Source of the DNA: Haplodiscus bocki
Lineage: Eukaryota
Direction of reading: 5' to 3'
DNA: 64,000 nucleotides
Assembly (NCBI GenBank): GCA_965655095.1
Contig: OZ296648.1
Location: 91,884,001-91,948,000 of the forward strand
The position numbers and the translations under genes were made by a program. The notes under the pieces are model-generated. The model was given only the letters and a program-made list of their open reading frames with translations. It was not told the DNA's origin and did not search any database. This document shows positions 38,401 to 53,400 of this stretch, one piece after another (positions within the stretch are counted from its first letter, which is position 1; each line of letters begins with the position of its first letter).

Positions 38401-41400
38401 GTACTTTCATTCATTTCGATTGCTTTCTTTCGCTTTCCCAAGCTAGAGTATTCCCATATTCGTCAATTTAATTCTTGTCTTAATTTTCCGTTTCGAAATT
38501 ATCAGTCAACGTTTGCTAAATTCTCTCAATTCCAATATTTTTACTTTCTAAATTTTTAGCTTTTAATGCCTAGCATCTTCGGTTTCGTTTCAAATTCTGA
38601 GGTCAAAGGAAGTGGAACGTTTCAAACAGAACAGAAAGCAGCAGCAGTAAATGTCAGATAACGGGAAAGAGTGAAAAAACTTTGAATCGTGTATAGTCTG
38701 TTTACTTTCTAGGACCTCCAGATTTATTCGCTCGATATTTTTTATCTCAAAATTATCAGTCAAGTCACGTGACTGCTAATTTCTTGGAGCGTAATGGGTG
38801 TCATTCTCAATACCCATATTTTGAATAGCTTTACATTAACTAGTTGTAAATCTGTCTTAGGCCAAATATTACAAGCAGCTTATGCTTAAATCCATGGCAG
38901 AAATCAAGATTAATCATGGATGGTTTTTCTAGCTGGCTTTGTATTCTCGAAATCATCTGAACTTGCGCACAATTAGCAATTTCTTGCTTGCGTTCGCGTC
39001 AACTCATGAGAAGACCCGGCCTTACTTGAGACGATATTTCGACAAAACGATTGTGTTACCCACAGATTGGATCGAAGTTGCTGAAATTTATCAGGTGTGT
39101 CTTCCTTTTCTAAAACCACTAAAACTGGAAAGCTTTCTGGCCCCCTTCATTAATGTAGAAGCCGAAGACAAGATTTTATTGGTACGACGTTGACCTTTTT
39201 TTCGGACCAGACATAACTGCAATCCGACACTTGTCATTGCTTGAAAGCTCACCTCTGCTGCTTGCATTGCAAATAGAGATTTCACGTGTGGCCGCTAGAG
39301 GGCTTCTTCAATTAGTTTTGAAATTGCTTTTTAAGCCGCCAGACTGTTGCTCCTTTAACTTTAAAACTCTTTGTGGACGTATAGCGCTGCGTTTTTTTCA
39401 AAATTTTTCGGGCTGTCTTGATTTCTGAAATACATTTTTAACTAGGAATCCAACACAAACCAATACGAAACCTTATTTTTTGAAAAAGATATTTCCAAAA
39501 ATTTGAAAGTTTCGTCAGAACACGGCTTTTTAATTGTTTTAAAGGACGTCAAAACTAGCTGATTTGGTCATTTCCAGAACTTTTCCACTTTTGCGTTCCA
39601 TATCAACTATCTAGTTACTAGTCAAAACTAATATGCTACAGAACCACAAATGTGGGAAAATACCGCGGAATTTGAAAAAAAAAGTATAGCATTGATGTCT
39701 TCCGGTTCTTTAGAGGGAGAGAATTGGCTATTTTTTTTTCGAATTTTTACTATATGTTTTCTAAATCTGGTCTTTGGCTAATAAATGCATTTAAATTTGT
39801 TGCTGAAGAACCATTCTTAGGTTTAAACAACAATTGATACGTTTTGTGAGAAAAATTGCTTTTGTGGTGTTTCGAGTCAACAGAAACAGCTTTTTTCGAT
39901 ATTTTGCCAAATTTTCATTTTTTTTTGGCCTGAAAAACAATTGAGAATTTGTTTTGGGAATTGCCGACCAGTTTCTACGTCTCCAGTTTGGTTGAAAGAG
40001 GACGTCAATTGGCCATGTTAGATGGAAAGGTCACGAATTCGATTTTGAGTCGCTCTTTACCTCTTTATTTTTAGTCGATATTTTTTTAAATAGAATTCCG
40101 TGTTCTTACCGTGGTTTTCTCTCATCAGCCTCAATTTTAAAGGCGTTAATTTTCAGCAAAGATAGTTATAAATACATCTACCAAAAGTATCACAAAAGAC
40201 AGAAGATGAACTTTGTGATTCTACATTAACCCACATCCAAAACTCTTCGGAAAATGAACTTTTTAAACATACGCGTTGACTCAGACTTAACCTGTTTGCT
40301 CATAATTGCTATAATTTGGGAGCGAATCAGAATAGATGCAGGCTTTATTGGATATATTCATAGAATAAGTTTTAACTTTTTAGGGCCTGGACCCAAAAGC
40401 TGAACATTCTAAATTTGGAACACTTTCAACAGCCCTCCGAAAAGCATTAGTTCGGAAGTTTCCAGATTTCGACGAATATCAGCTTGGTAAATACAACCGA
40501 CAAAAGCGTAAGAAGAAAAAGCCGGAGTCGGACAACCGAGAAATCAAAGTTTCACGGGGGAAGAAGATGATCAAGAAGGCCACTCCTGCGCGTCCACCAG
40601 CTACCCAAGTTTGCATAATTTCTAATACAGAAAAATACGACTGTTGGTCATTACTGGGATTACTTTACCTGTTATATTTAATATGGCCAGTTATTAAGCT
40701 GGCAACTCCAGCTTATCGCGTTTGAGATTTTTTTTGTCTGCAGCTTATTATCTCGCTTTTGCTGCCATTTTTGAAAGTAGCGGCATGCTCGTTTTAGGCG
40801 TTTCTGACTTTGAAATTTTTTAACTGCTGTTTTTTGTAGAAATGTCTTTCAACCTATAGAATTTCACAGCGATAACCAAATTTCAAAAATTGATTTTTTG
40901 CCCAATGCAACCCAAAAATATCTGTTTAGCGGGTAAAACTGATTCAAAACTCAATCTCTACCTGTTTAACGGATATTTCCTATTTTTGCTGAGACGTCAC
41001 GTGAGACTAATCTACCATATTACACATGTTTGTTAGGGTCAGAAAATTTTTCGATAGCTTTTTTTGCGAATAAATATTGAAATGGAGCTACCATTTTGCT
41101 ATTCTGGCTGTATTTTGTCATTTCATAATGAAATATTTTGGCAGATAGACCTGCAAATTGCTTAAATTTTGTATGGCCTTGACAACGACAGACTCCACTC
41201 TGGCATGTATTGAAATTCGTTTTCGGAACAAATTTTTTTATCGTTCTGTTTAGTTTGAAAAGAAACCTGAAAATTGAGCAATTTTTCAGAATTCCAGGTT
41301 TTAAATACTCACACCTGTACCTTCAGATTGAACGAACTCCTCCTTGCCTAGAAGATCCTCGAAGTAACAGACTTGTAATAAGAAAATCACAGTTGTTTTT

Positions 41401-44400
41401 AACTTGAGAACAACGTTAACACTGATCCTTTCGGAAACTCGTTCACTATCAATCGGAACGGAATGATTGCGCCCTCTCGATCATAGATTAAAATGAAGTT
41501 CAGATGACAAAAACAACACTTTCTCTTTCTGCTGGCCAATTGCTTGGGAGTTCAATAATTTTGTTGCTTTTCTTAGAATTCTTGCAAAACTCAGACCCCA
41601 AGATTTTTTTCTCTCAACTCTGGGCGTTAAATCACTTCATTATTCTCGCAAGTATTTTCACTTCCAACTTGCATTGTTTTTCAGCAGACTTTTGTTTTCC
41701 AAAATTAACATAACTGATCGGAGAGATTTTGATTCTTCACACTTATCGTGTTGCCTGCTTTACGAAACTGCGATTTGCTGTTACACTTTTGACTAGCAAG
41801 GCTCATGGAGTGGGATCGTGAACCACTTTTTTCTCCGATTCGTTCAGAACTCGCTTCGGTTTTTCACTAAATAATACACCAGGGAAAATTTGACGGGAAT
41901 TTTTTTCGCTGGTTCAGTTGGCTTGCTTTACTAGCTTGCGCGGTATTCCAGAAGAAATAAGCCGGTAAACAGAATTTTCAAGCAATTTTTTTTGGGTAAA
42001 TAATGTCGATTAATTGCTGATATTTGACTGTCTTATCTACTCCTTTTTTTCGCCGACAAGTTGTCTTCAGTCTGCATTCATTCACTTCATAATTAAAAGT
42101 TATCAAAGGTAGAGTTTTCAACAGGGTCAAATTTTCTATTTATCTAACTTTTTAATGCAGATGGAAATGACGTAATGTGCCAATTCGTAAATGAATTTTT
42201 GTCGTCTTCAAACACGCTTTCCTCTGAAAATAGGATTCAGTTTGTGGCCATCTAGTGCTCATTCCAAGTTTTGCATTATGGCAAGCCTACCACTACCGCA
42301 TAATATATTGACTTGTAGTTTGAAATTCTATTTTTTTCTACTTGCGTCTTTTCTTAAAGTTGTTCTCGAATTGCAGCCATCCAGTTCTCAATCAAAATCC
42401 CGTAGTACTGTAACCATGTGAAAGAAGGGGATATACCATCCACCTTCTAATTTTTTCACTTGTAGTCTGAAACTCGAAAACCATTTACTTCTGGGCCCCT
42501 TTGTTTCTCTTTCGAAAAACCTTAATATGGAAAGGTTGATTAGAAGCAGGCATAATCTGTCCCGTTTCACATGTTTCTTTTTCTTGACTCGAATGATCTT
42601 TTTTGCGTTGTTTTTCGCGAAGACTACGAGTCCGATTGCAAGCATTCCCCATGGCTCTTCGACAAGGGTCAGCTTGCTCTTCCAAATCTCACATCAAGCA
42701 AATTCATTGAGACACAGGAACTTCCCGTTTTATACTTTTCGGAGAAGACGTAGGGATCTTTTGACTTGTTTTTTGACTTTTGCAAATCCTGATGAATTGA
42801 GTTGTTTTTGAGCAACTGTATTTCCCATTTTGTTTCAACTGCAAACTTTGTTGTATAATCGTAGTTCCTTTGTTTTGTTAGTTGCCATCTTGAAGTTTTC
42901 GCTCGAAGCAAACGTGACGGCTAATTCTGAAAGTTATTTCTTCGTGAGAAGTTATTGGACTGAAACAGATTTTATCGGTTAGAACATTCTATGTTCGAGT
43001 GAGTTGCAGTGGATTCTGTGTTTATACTGAAGAAAAAACACAGTCGACCTTCGGTAAAGTTTTCATCGCTTTCATCATTGACTTTTTTAATTGACTCTTC
43101 TTCCTCTAGCGCTTCGCTAAGTTCAAAAATCCAGGGTGCTTTTTTTGGCCTAGACACCGGATGAAATGCCATTTGCAGAGAAAGTCAAATTTTCGAATTG
43201 AAATTAGCACGAATCAGCTCGAACCTCGATGAGTCCATTTGTATTTCGTTTTCAACTCGTTTTCGTGGGTGAGGGGTTTGTAAATTAGGGGTGTCATGTT
43301 TTTTTTCTGCAAATTGCTTCCTGGACACCTTTCGAGTAAATGCGGACTTCTAATTGCAAATACGTTTCCTTCTCCTCCATTTAATCTGTTTTTACTCAAA
43401 AAAGTTCTGTTCATGAAGGTAGTAAAAGACGGTGCCCGAACTTTTCGGTTTTTCAGAAATTTTTGTTAGCAAAAAATCAGCGACAGCAACATGAAATTAG
43501 CCTTTTTCCTTCAAGCGCCCGCAGAGTTTGTCAAGGCTGGAGTCAATTTGGGATTTAGTTGTCACATTTGGAACAAGTCAGCCTCATTCCTTGCATAATG
43601 ATTGGCTCAAGGTTGTAATTGACCGTCAAGTTTTTTTCGGCATCATTTTTTTTTCGTTTTCAAAAAATAGAATGAATAATTGAAATACACCGCATTTCCG
43701 GAAGGGAAGCTGTTCACTGTCTCATTTTTTACAGTGCATACTACTTTTTTGGATCCGCCCTTGGTGTTCGACCGATGAAAAAACTGGTGTAGGTAATTGG
43801 ATTTTGTCTCGAAACTTTCACACCTTTTTGATGGAATCCCACGTATAATGCTGCGACAAAAGCAGGCAAATGAAAGTTCAGGGCATTCTGATCATCGTAA
43901 AGGCCTCTAGTTTCGACGGTTTTTTATATTGTTCGTTGATTGATTATCAGAGGACAAGTAGGCGATATAGCACATCAAAAATTTTCCTCCGCTGTCTCAT
44001 TTGGCGGCAGAAAGTTTTCAGAGAAAACGTAGTTTTTTTACTGTAGTACTATTGTAACGGCGTCAAGTTGGACAACTGCCCTAAGTGGTCAATTCACTCG
44101 TTTAATCAGTCTTCGAAAATCTTTACACATTATCACAGCTCAATGAAAAGTTACGCGTCTTTTTTCTGCATCTTGTTTTTAATGTAAATGGACATGTTTT
44201 TCGAATGTTGACTCTCCTGGGTTAAAACTGTTTCGGAGATGTTCACTGAGGGGCTTAAAAAGCGGTCGGTTTTTCTCATCGGAGTATGAATGGCCAGTTC
44301 GCCCAAATTTCAGAAATAATGGAATGTTCGAATTTCACGGGAGAAACATTCGTATTGTTGTCGGAGCTCATTTTTTTGCTTCTCGTTGTGGTAATTAACT

Positions 44401-47400
44401 CTACAGCTAAAACGCAAGATTTTCTTGATAATGTTCTTCTTTTGAAAATCTGAAGTCCTTCCATTCGGAGTTTTCAAGCAGTAGATTTTAAGTAGATCTC
44501 ACTTTATTCCAAAATTTATTTATTTTTGAGTGTCCAATTTTAGCGTGGAATCACCTATGCTTGCGGAAGGATTAGCGGCAATCTCCGGGAAGTTTTTGTT
44601 CTCGTGAGCCTAAGGCTAAGCACATGAAACCAATGTTTTCAGTTTGTCGATTTTTCAGTCAGTTTCCTCGGAAGGTATCAATAGTTTTCGTTGTGACTTT
44701 TCTTTCTTTTCTCGAAATGTTCTAGGGCTATCGGAACTGGACTTACGGATTTTTTTTGAAGGTGTCGTATTTTTCTTCCATTTGCCCTTAGCTCCAGAAA
44801 ATCTGTATGTTGGACGTTATCACATTTTTGTTCCTTGAATGATTTCTGTCTGGTTTTCTCTTCTTTGCTTCCTTCTTAATAATTAATATGTCGGTTTTCT
44901 GTGGATTTGTTCTGTAAACGTTATCTATATAAACAACAGTTAACAGCCGTTTTTAATTGCCGAGTTTTCCCTTGGAAGGCATTGCTTTGAGGAGAAATTT
45001 GAGGTAATTTGTTGAAATCTTCGCTGAAAGCAAGGTCTTTTCAAAGTTATTTTTCTTTGCGAAACTTTCTTGGCGAGCGAATTGTCATTGACTTTGGGGG
45101 GTTCTATTGAGTGTAACTTAGTGTATCGACAATAGTTGATTTTTCTTTTGTTCTTTGTGTTTCGTACACAAGAGACAAGGAACTTCGGTTAAGGTATTCA
45201 GCTAATCACTCAATTTCCCTACTCAATTGACAACCTGTCTGAGCTGATATTTCCCTAGCTCTTTTCTCTAGCGGCAGGGCCAGTTTCTGTGGAGCGCAGA
45301 GTCGCTTCTGCGCTCCACTTGCCATAGCATGTATCATGGACACGGACTGCCTGAGATTTTCTCCCCGCCGTGAGCAATTAACAAATTAGACTATTTTGCG
45401 TGCAGTTTGCTTCTGCGTTCTTTGCTTTCTCGCTTTGTATAGTGCCAGCACTAAGTTGCTTCATATATGTTTTCCTGTTATATGCATACAGTTGAAGTAT
45501 TCATTGATCAAAAAGCTACCGCCTGCGCAAGTTTGCAGTAGATAACCGCCATGATCGATTATCCGCCTTCTAGGAAATAATAGGATTTTTGCGTTTGTGT
45601 TGAGCACGTTATAATCGAACTCGAGGCAGCTCTTGGTACTACCTGACCAACTTCGCCTGTGCAAAATATGCGGTTTCAACTTTTTCTGCATAAAAATGTT
45701 TAAGTGGTAAAAAATGATTCGTCAACGGTGTTAGCGTAATTGGATTGCATAATTTGCAATTTACCCATTCTGAGTTTATACTAGTTTTACCAAATCAAGG
45801 GAAATGACAAAGAACAAGGTCACAGTGCGTGGCAGATCTGTTGATGGGATCGCGCCATTGCGTATGAAGTTTCGTTTCCATCACCAAGTACTTCATTTTC
45901 GTGTGTTTGAACCAAATAATTGTCGCGTTATGTATATGTTCACATGGCACACACACGAGTACTTGCAATTCCCGAATCTTTTAGGTTTCTCAAAATCTTC
46001 GAGAAAAAGTCCATTCTGAGGATTTCGAGATTTTCACTATCGGGAGATTTTGGGGAATATAAAAACTTCGTTTTGAGTTTAGATAAAAGGTTCACCAAAA
46101 AAGTTGTTGGCAAGGCTTTAGTTGTGGTTGCAACAGTGATTCCGTAATATTGATTTTGGTGTGAGTGTATACCAACACACACACACAAACACACACAAGT
46201 GAAAGGAAAACTAACCGTAATACAACACGTTTACAGCAGCAATACACGAAGAACAGTATACGTATTATAACAAGTGAATTGGACCCATACGCATGCCGGG
46301 AGAATTAGACAATAACAGTACGAAAATTACCGTAAACGATTTCTGGAAAAGGCAATAAAGAATACAGCAAATACAAGATAAAATTGGTCAGCATACCAAA
46401 GGGGCATGGCACCCGTCTAGATTTTCCTCAAATTTTTGCTTTTCGATTTCTGGTATGATGTCTGGACGCGGCATCAACTGGACACAAAATGTACGTTTTA
46501 TATTCTCCAGTGACGCCAGAAATAGTTACGACACACCATTAACCTCCAACGACTAAAATAAAAATTGTTCGTTAAATTTTTCATACCTTAGTACCGGAAA
46601 GTACCAAAAAATTAACATAAGGATTATCGAATGTGCTATCGTTCTCAAAATTGCCCCATTATACAATACTCGTCTTTTTAGTGTACCAATCGTTAAATTG
46701 ATTTTAACTTACAAGTTGAAAACTGAGTTTGAAAAATTGTTTCTACAGTAATTTTTTTTCAGGATAAAGATACTGGTCGAAAGTTTACGTTGAAGCAGTT
46801 GATTAGGATGACTCATATCTCCAAGCCTGTTGGATTCGTTATGAGCATCTTAGGTAAACGATATCCGAACACACCAGAAGAATTTCAGCAGTTGGGACTT
46901 CCGGGAGTATTTGATTCAGGTTATCTTTTGGCTTCTTCGTTCGCGTTATAATTTGTTGTGAGTGAAAGGTTGGTCAAAGTTAAGCAATCAATGTCCGCGG
47001 CTTTAATTTGTAGAACCGCACGAGGATTGCTTAAAAAGTCAGAGTAAAGTTTACCTTGAAGTCATCTTTGTTTCGGATTTTTTAACAAGATTGTGTGTCT
47101 GTTGAAAACATTGAAATGACCGGCTTGAATCAAAAATGGTTCTTTCAGCCAGAAGTGATAAGAACTGGAAAACACCCTGAGATTTGAGCCGCGATTCTAT
47201 GTAGTTGACTAGTCAAGTTGTTTAACAGACGCCATCTTTCATCTTCCGGGAATTTTAATATGGAAGAGAAAAGTTTTATTAGAACGTGGTCGTGTCCGCT
47301 TCTTTCAGACCTGGCAATGTAGATATGTAAATTCTCAACTGATGTTACGTGTTCTTTTGACGAGGCCAAGCTTGTGTTAAGTTCCCAATCATCCCTCTGC

Positions 47401-50400
47401 ACTAGTGTTTTCGGAGAATGGAGCTTTAACATAAGTTGACTAAATTTAGACATCAATATCTCTGAAACTACTTGAAATGATTACTTTTGTTTGAAAGAAA
47501 AGTTTCTTTGATTTTCATCTAGTTTACAATCGTTTGTTTCAAAATTTTGCGACCAATATAGCCAAAGTTAGAAAGGGTAATTTTTTGGACAATTTTGAAT
47601 AAATTTCGTGTATTTCTGATGATAAATTTTTTGGACATAATTTGTACGTAAATGTTCCCCTAAATATCTTGAAACCATTGATATACTTAGTTTTCAAAAA
47701 TATTTTGAATTGCTCATAAAATTGCTGTTTTTGTACAATGACCTTTGAAGTTACATGTTTTGTGATAGGTTTTTAAAAATTGTATTCTGAAGTTTTGCAG
47801 TATCTCAATTCGAAATATTTCTTCAATCAAAATATCAAAAGATTCAACAGTTTTTAGCGGAAATAATTTCTCGAAAGGTTTTTTCTAACTTGCTCAAACT
47901 TCATAAAACGCAGATAGTACCGAAACTGGCAAAAATTAACCAATCAGATTGCAAATTGAGAGCAAGTTTTGAGATCCTGTTGGCTATAAGCGTCAGTGAA
48001 GGCTCTTAAGCTCCATTTTTGAAACACTACTGTAGCTTGTATTACGTGGCAAATCATTTCATGGAAGCTGGGTCAAGCAATGGATTATTAGTATTCAAGC
48101 ATCCTTGTCATTTTGCTCGACTAGACCGTCGCTTGAAGACTAAAGGGAATGATTTCGAATTATCAGAACAATATGACAGCATTTGCTCTTTTTTTTCGGC
48201 TTTCGTTCTTTTGAAATTAACTGAGACTGTTAAATACAAATTTGAGGATACTTCTGGAGCAGTCCGTTTTTTTCGATTTTTGGCTTAATTTGTTATAGAA
48301 ATGGATTTCAACCGCCAGCAATCGCTCTTTATCGATTTCGAGTTGGCTTTCAGAATTTTTCCGTGTCCATTATTTCAGATGTGGTTATTGATCATTCATG
48401 CAAAAGTTAAATTTGTCCATGAATATCTATGGGGACATATTTGGGTCAATTCTTTCCATTTTTGAAAAAGCTGATCACGAATACTAAAAACCACAATGAA
48501 CGTTGGCTATCATCAATACGGAAAGTAGTTTTTTTTTAAGTTAGTCCGATGTCAAATGCATTGAGCGCCTTACTAAATTTCTAAAAAGGATCGTGGTTTC
48601 TACTTTTTGAAACTAAGATAAAGTTTTTGTAGAATAAAAACGTATGAGGAGATTAAAAAACAATAATGTTTGAGTATAATCGGTAGAGAAATGTGTTTTC
48701 TCACTTAGTACCAATTCACATTTAGTCATTCGGCGCATAACCAAAAGCCTTAAATATCTACAAAATCGGGGGTTCGATTTGAAACTTTCACTTTCATTTT
48801 GGGAAAAGTTTCATTGTCGGAATACCATGGAAAACTTGATAATGGTTGACATTGATCGGTAATGAAAACTTTTCATTTTACCAGTTCATTTCACTCATTG
48901 AACAGGCAATCAAAAGTAAAAGGCATATGGAAAAGATTTTCTTGAACAGATTTGGCATTTCATTTTTTTGGAAGCAGCTTTGATCATTCATTGGAAGAAG
49001 CCCAACAATAGTTGCTGTCTACGACCGATTTTCAAAATCAAATTTCTCCTGGGCTCCTCTGAGTTTTTAGTCGGCATTTGGTAGAAAATTGAGTCCCCAA
49101 CTTTAATAGTGACTTTTTTCTCTTAAGACGCTCTTCTAGCTTCGAACCGATCTACGCTTGTGTTTCGTGGTCGACACACTCTCCGGTAGAAAAAATAAAT
49201 GATTTTGTTTCAATTTTGTATGGCACAGTGTGTAAGACAAAATTGTTCCAAAGCAAAAGGTCGTGAGTTCGAACCCCGGTATTGGCTATAATTTTTTCAG
49301 TGGTTCACTCCTTTTATGAAATCTGACGAATCGAGAGGTAGCGGTTTCAAATCCCATCATTAGCTATGTTTTTTTTCATTTTTCATCAAAATTATACCAT
49401 AGGTCGTGAGTTCGAACCCCGGTATTGGCTATAATTTTTTCAGTGGTTCACTCCTTTTATAAAATCTGACGAATCGACAGGTAGCGGTTTCAAATCCCAT
49501 CATTAGCTATGTTTTCTTTCATTTTTCATCAAAATTATACCAAAATGCATTTTGTTCGGACATCAAAATCAACTCGGTCCTGTGAGTATTTTGAGCCATA
49601 CCGGTGGCGCCGACTCAAGCCATTTCTGTTTTGTTTTTACCTGAATCTTCAAAATGCATTTTTCTCTAGAAAAAGCGAAAGAAATATTTCTGTTTGCTTG
49701 TCATTCCCGAGTAAATAATGGCGTGAAAATACCAGAGAACGTAACTTTCATTCACTTTCAGGGATTCTCAAATCATATGTTCTCAGTGAATGCCAAATGG
49801 ATTTTGCTGATCGAGCTCTAATTAAAGAGTCCAATACTTCTAATGCAAAACGATTCAATCCAACACATTTTTTTGAAGCATTTGATCAAGGAAAATGACA
49901 AAACAAAACGCTAGTGATGAGTTAGACTTTTGATGCTTCGATGGTCAAGTACCGAAGGGTCTATTTTGGATGAGAGTTCTGATATCGGTAATTGAAATCG
50001 CTGAACGCTATTTCGCTGATCTGGATAATGTTAACCCGCTTTTAAAAATTGAATGGGAGTGCAATTAGTTTAAAATATACATCTAAGTTTTGTCAATTAG
50101 TTGGCTTACACTGCAAATCGATTTTAGAATGGCGATGCATTTTGAAGTTGTGATTTACTTTAGCATCATGCTGCTAGTTAAAAATCTTAGTCGCGCATTA
50201 TTGGCACATCTGAAGACTGTTCACTGATGATTTAATCCTCCAGGGCGCTCCATTTTCCCTGGCTAAAAGTTGCTCTCTCGCAACCTAATGAGCCGGGTGA
50301 ATTCCGCCTAAACACGGAAAATCAGGTCTGCTAATTATTTTTTTTATTAGAACGAGCAGGCAAACGGATGAAATTGGCAATTCCGGAGACATGGGAAACA

Positions 50401-53400
50401 CAGATTTCGGCACGTGGAAACAAAGCTGAAGTGTGGGAGGAACTGTTGGATCATAATAAACTTCCTTTTATGGCTATGTTGCGTAACTTGCGGAACATGC
50501 TACAGGCAGGAATCAGTGAGAAGCACCATAAAAGAGTTCTCTTCAAATTAACCGATGTTGTATGTGGTACCATATCCTTTTGAAAAAACATAATAAGTGA
50601 TAAGACATTTTAATATATGGAAATTGGAGCAATTGTTTTTTTTGCGGTCAAAGATTATCGAAAGTTGTCAAAGTTCGCGCCTGCCTTGCTCTTGGTTGGG
50701 ATGTAGCGGTCCTTAGAGCTTGGTTCTTGGCGGGAGGCTTTCAAACTGAAAATGTGAACCTAGACTGGGCTCTTAGTAATGTGCTTGTCATATCAAGATA
50801 CAGGTGCGTATAAGAAAAAAATGAATATTTTATGCCAAACATTCTCATTCTTTGTCTCAAAAAATTTAATCCTGTCTACAGAACACCATGTGTTGGGAAA
50901 AGGTGCCTATCAGTCAGAAGTGACATTTAACACAAACCGCGGCGTTCATAGCCGATGGTTAATTTGTATTTTTAAAGATTATGTTAAAAAGAGATTTGCA
51001 GTGCGAGAATTGCTGTTTCAGAGAACTGTAGTTCGAAGCAAGCAGTTTCCGTTCAGATTTTTCTCTGCATTCGGAGTCATCAAAGAGTTGGAAGACAAAT
51101 TGAAAAAGTTCAATGGTTAGTAGACTGAGTTGTATTTTGAAAATGTTCAAAGACTCTGGTGTCCTAATTCTGATCATCCAAAAATTTGCGGGCTTAGTTG
51201 ATAGTTTGAAGCATTCTGCCATTTCATTCTTTAAATCTTTCAATACACGAAAGTTGACACTACGGAAACTTGACTTAAGCCAAACTGGCTATTCAAAATC
51301 AAAAAGCAACAACTTGTCACAAGCTGAAGAACACGACAAATCGCCGCAAATTTTTCAAGGCGACTAAATCGCACAGAAGCATTAAAAGCTGCGGTATGCT
51401 TAAGGCGAAACGCGCACATTGTTTGTCAACTAATTGGAATGCTTGACATCAGCTCAAATTTAAGCTGGAACTATTTAGACTCAAATATTCCCAGATTTGT
51501 TGCATCAATTCAAATCTTGATTTCCGCTTTTTTGTCAAAACGGTAACCATTCATCGCGTCTAATTCCCAAACGTCAAAAAGTTTTATAATTTATTCAAAA
51601 TCTATTTTTTCAAGCTATCAAACCGCCAGCTTACTACAGTCGGCCCACGATTTTTTTGTATCGTTCTTAACTGGCACAAGATCATAGATGGATGAATCTC
51701 GTCTTTAGCAGTTAGCACTTTGGCTGGTAGTTAATGACGACAAGCATGTGCACCTGAACACTGCGACCGTCCTGGTTGGAACCTATCTCTAGAAAAAATT
51801 TCTGCATTCCTTTCTGCTCGCTTTAGCATTTTTTTGTGGGGAAAATCGCTGATTTGTCGAAATGAAGGGATCTGTTTTCTGCTTTAGGAATATTTCTCGC
51901 AGGTTGACTCCAAATTATAATTTCCTCAATTTAATCGACGATTTCCACCGAGGTTTTAAATTAATACAAAAAATTCAAGTTTTGTATCATTTTCTGTTTC
52001 ATGTAGAAAACATTACGTATTGTTGAATAGTTAAATAGTCATTGTTTAGCTGAATAACTTCCCTATTTTCAGTTGCACAGGTAATCGGCTGTGTTCCTGA
52101 ATCTGATTATCTTATTAGTTATAGCGAGTTGTCCCGACTTGTTGGTGGTGGATTATCAATTTTTGATGAAGCTTTCGTTTCAATGGTATGTTTTGAACAG
52201 AACAACTGTAGAAAAACGCTCATTTCCATTTGGGTATTCCTTACACGTAAAAGTTCTTCGCAATGCGACAATGCTAACATCAGCAAGGATCCAAGTTTTA
52301 ATGCCTTAGTATTGAGTGTCATATAGGTTGGGAACTCGCATGATTTTTCAAGAGGGAACATGCCATTACTACTGGCGACAACTACAGGTTACAAACTGCC
52401 ATTTTTCGCCGTTATAGATTTAGCAGAACAAACTTTGCTAAGCATATAGCTACTTCTTAAGCTTTGTAAAAACTCAATTATCAAGAGTAGCGTTCCAAGA
52501 CGTCTTCTTTTTTCGCTTTATTGCTTCTTAACTTAGCATAAATACTGCAAGTTGTTTATTTCGTTAATCAACTAACCTTGCAATCGCTATATGTCTGTTG
52601 GGTAACAATTAAGCATCACCCATTTGTCAACTGGCGCATAGAAGTGAATATCGAATGATAAACTTGCAACCGGAAACGCTCGATTTTCATATATCAAGCT
52701 GATGCAAACGTTTAGAAGCAAGAGCTTGGATTCAAGTCCGTTGTTGTAAAATTGAAGTGTTGTAATTTTTATTAACGTCTCTGAGTGAATATCAAACACG
52801 CCTGGAGCTGAACGCCAACGGTGAGACAAAAAACAGGTTGACTGAAAGTTGCCCGCAACAGCCAATCATTTGGCCATTATTATTACACCAACTTTCGAAA
52901 ATTCAAATTGGCGTGCCAAGACAAAAAAAATTTAACGGCTCTGGAGACTTTTATGAAATTACTTATTTGCTTTGCCAGAGATGTTTCAGTTACTTGAAAC
53001 AACCAAGGATATGTGGCTTGGCTGTGATACCTTGAGCAATGCCAAGACATTTTTGATTACTTATACACCATTCATGTCAGTTTTGGGGGTTAGAACCCAC
53101 CGTCGTCATCTGTTTTTCTGTCGGACAAGAGTTAAAACTTACTATGATTTCAGCCGAGCCATTTTGCAGTTAATAGCAAATGAAATCTTGGATAGTTTAG
53201 CAAAAGTCCTGTGCCCTGATTAAGATGTTCTTTTGCAGAATCACGTTGCTTGAATTCGTGAACCCCTTTTAAACCTTACATGTAATTAATTTACTAGCAT
53301 TACCATCGTGCCAGACCTGAATTGTCAATCTGTCAAAGGGATTTTAAACATCCGTTTTGGTGTTTTTGTGCATCTGTCATCGCGATAAACGTTTCCAATT

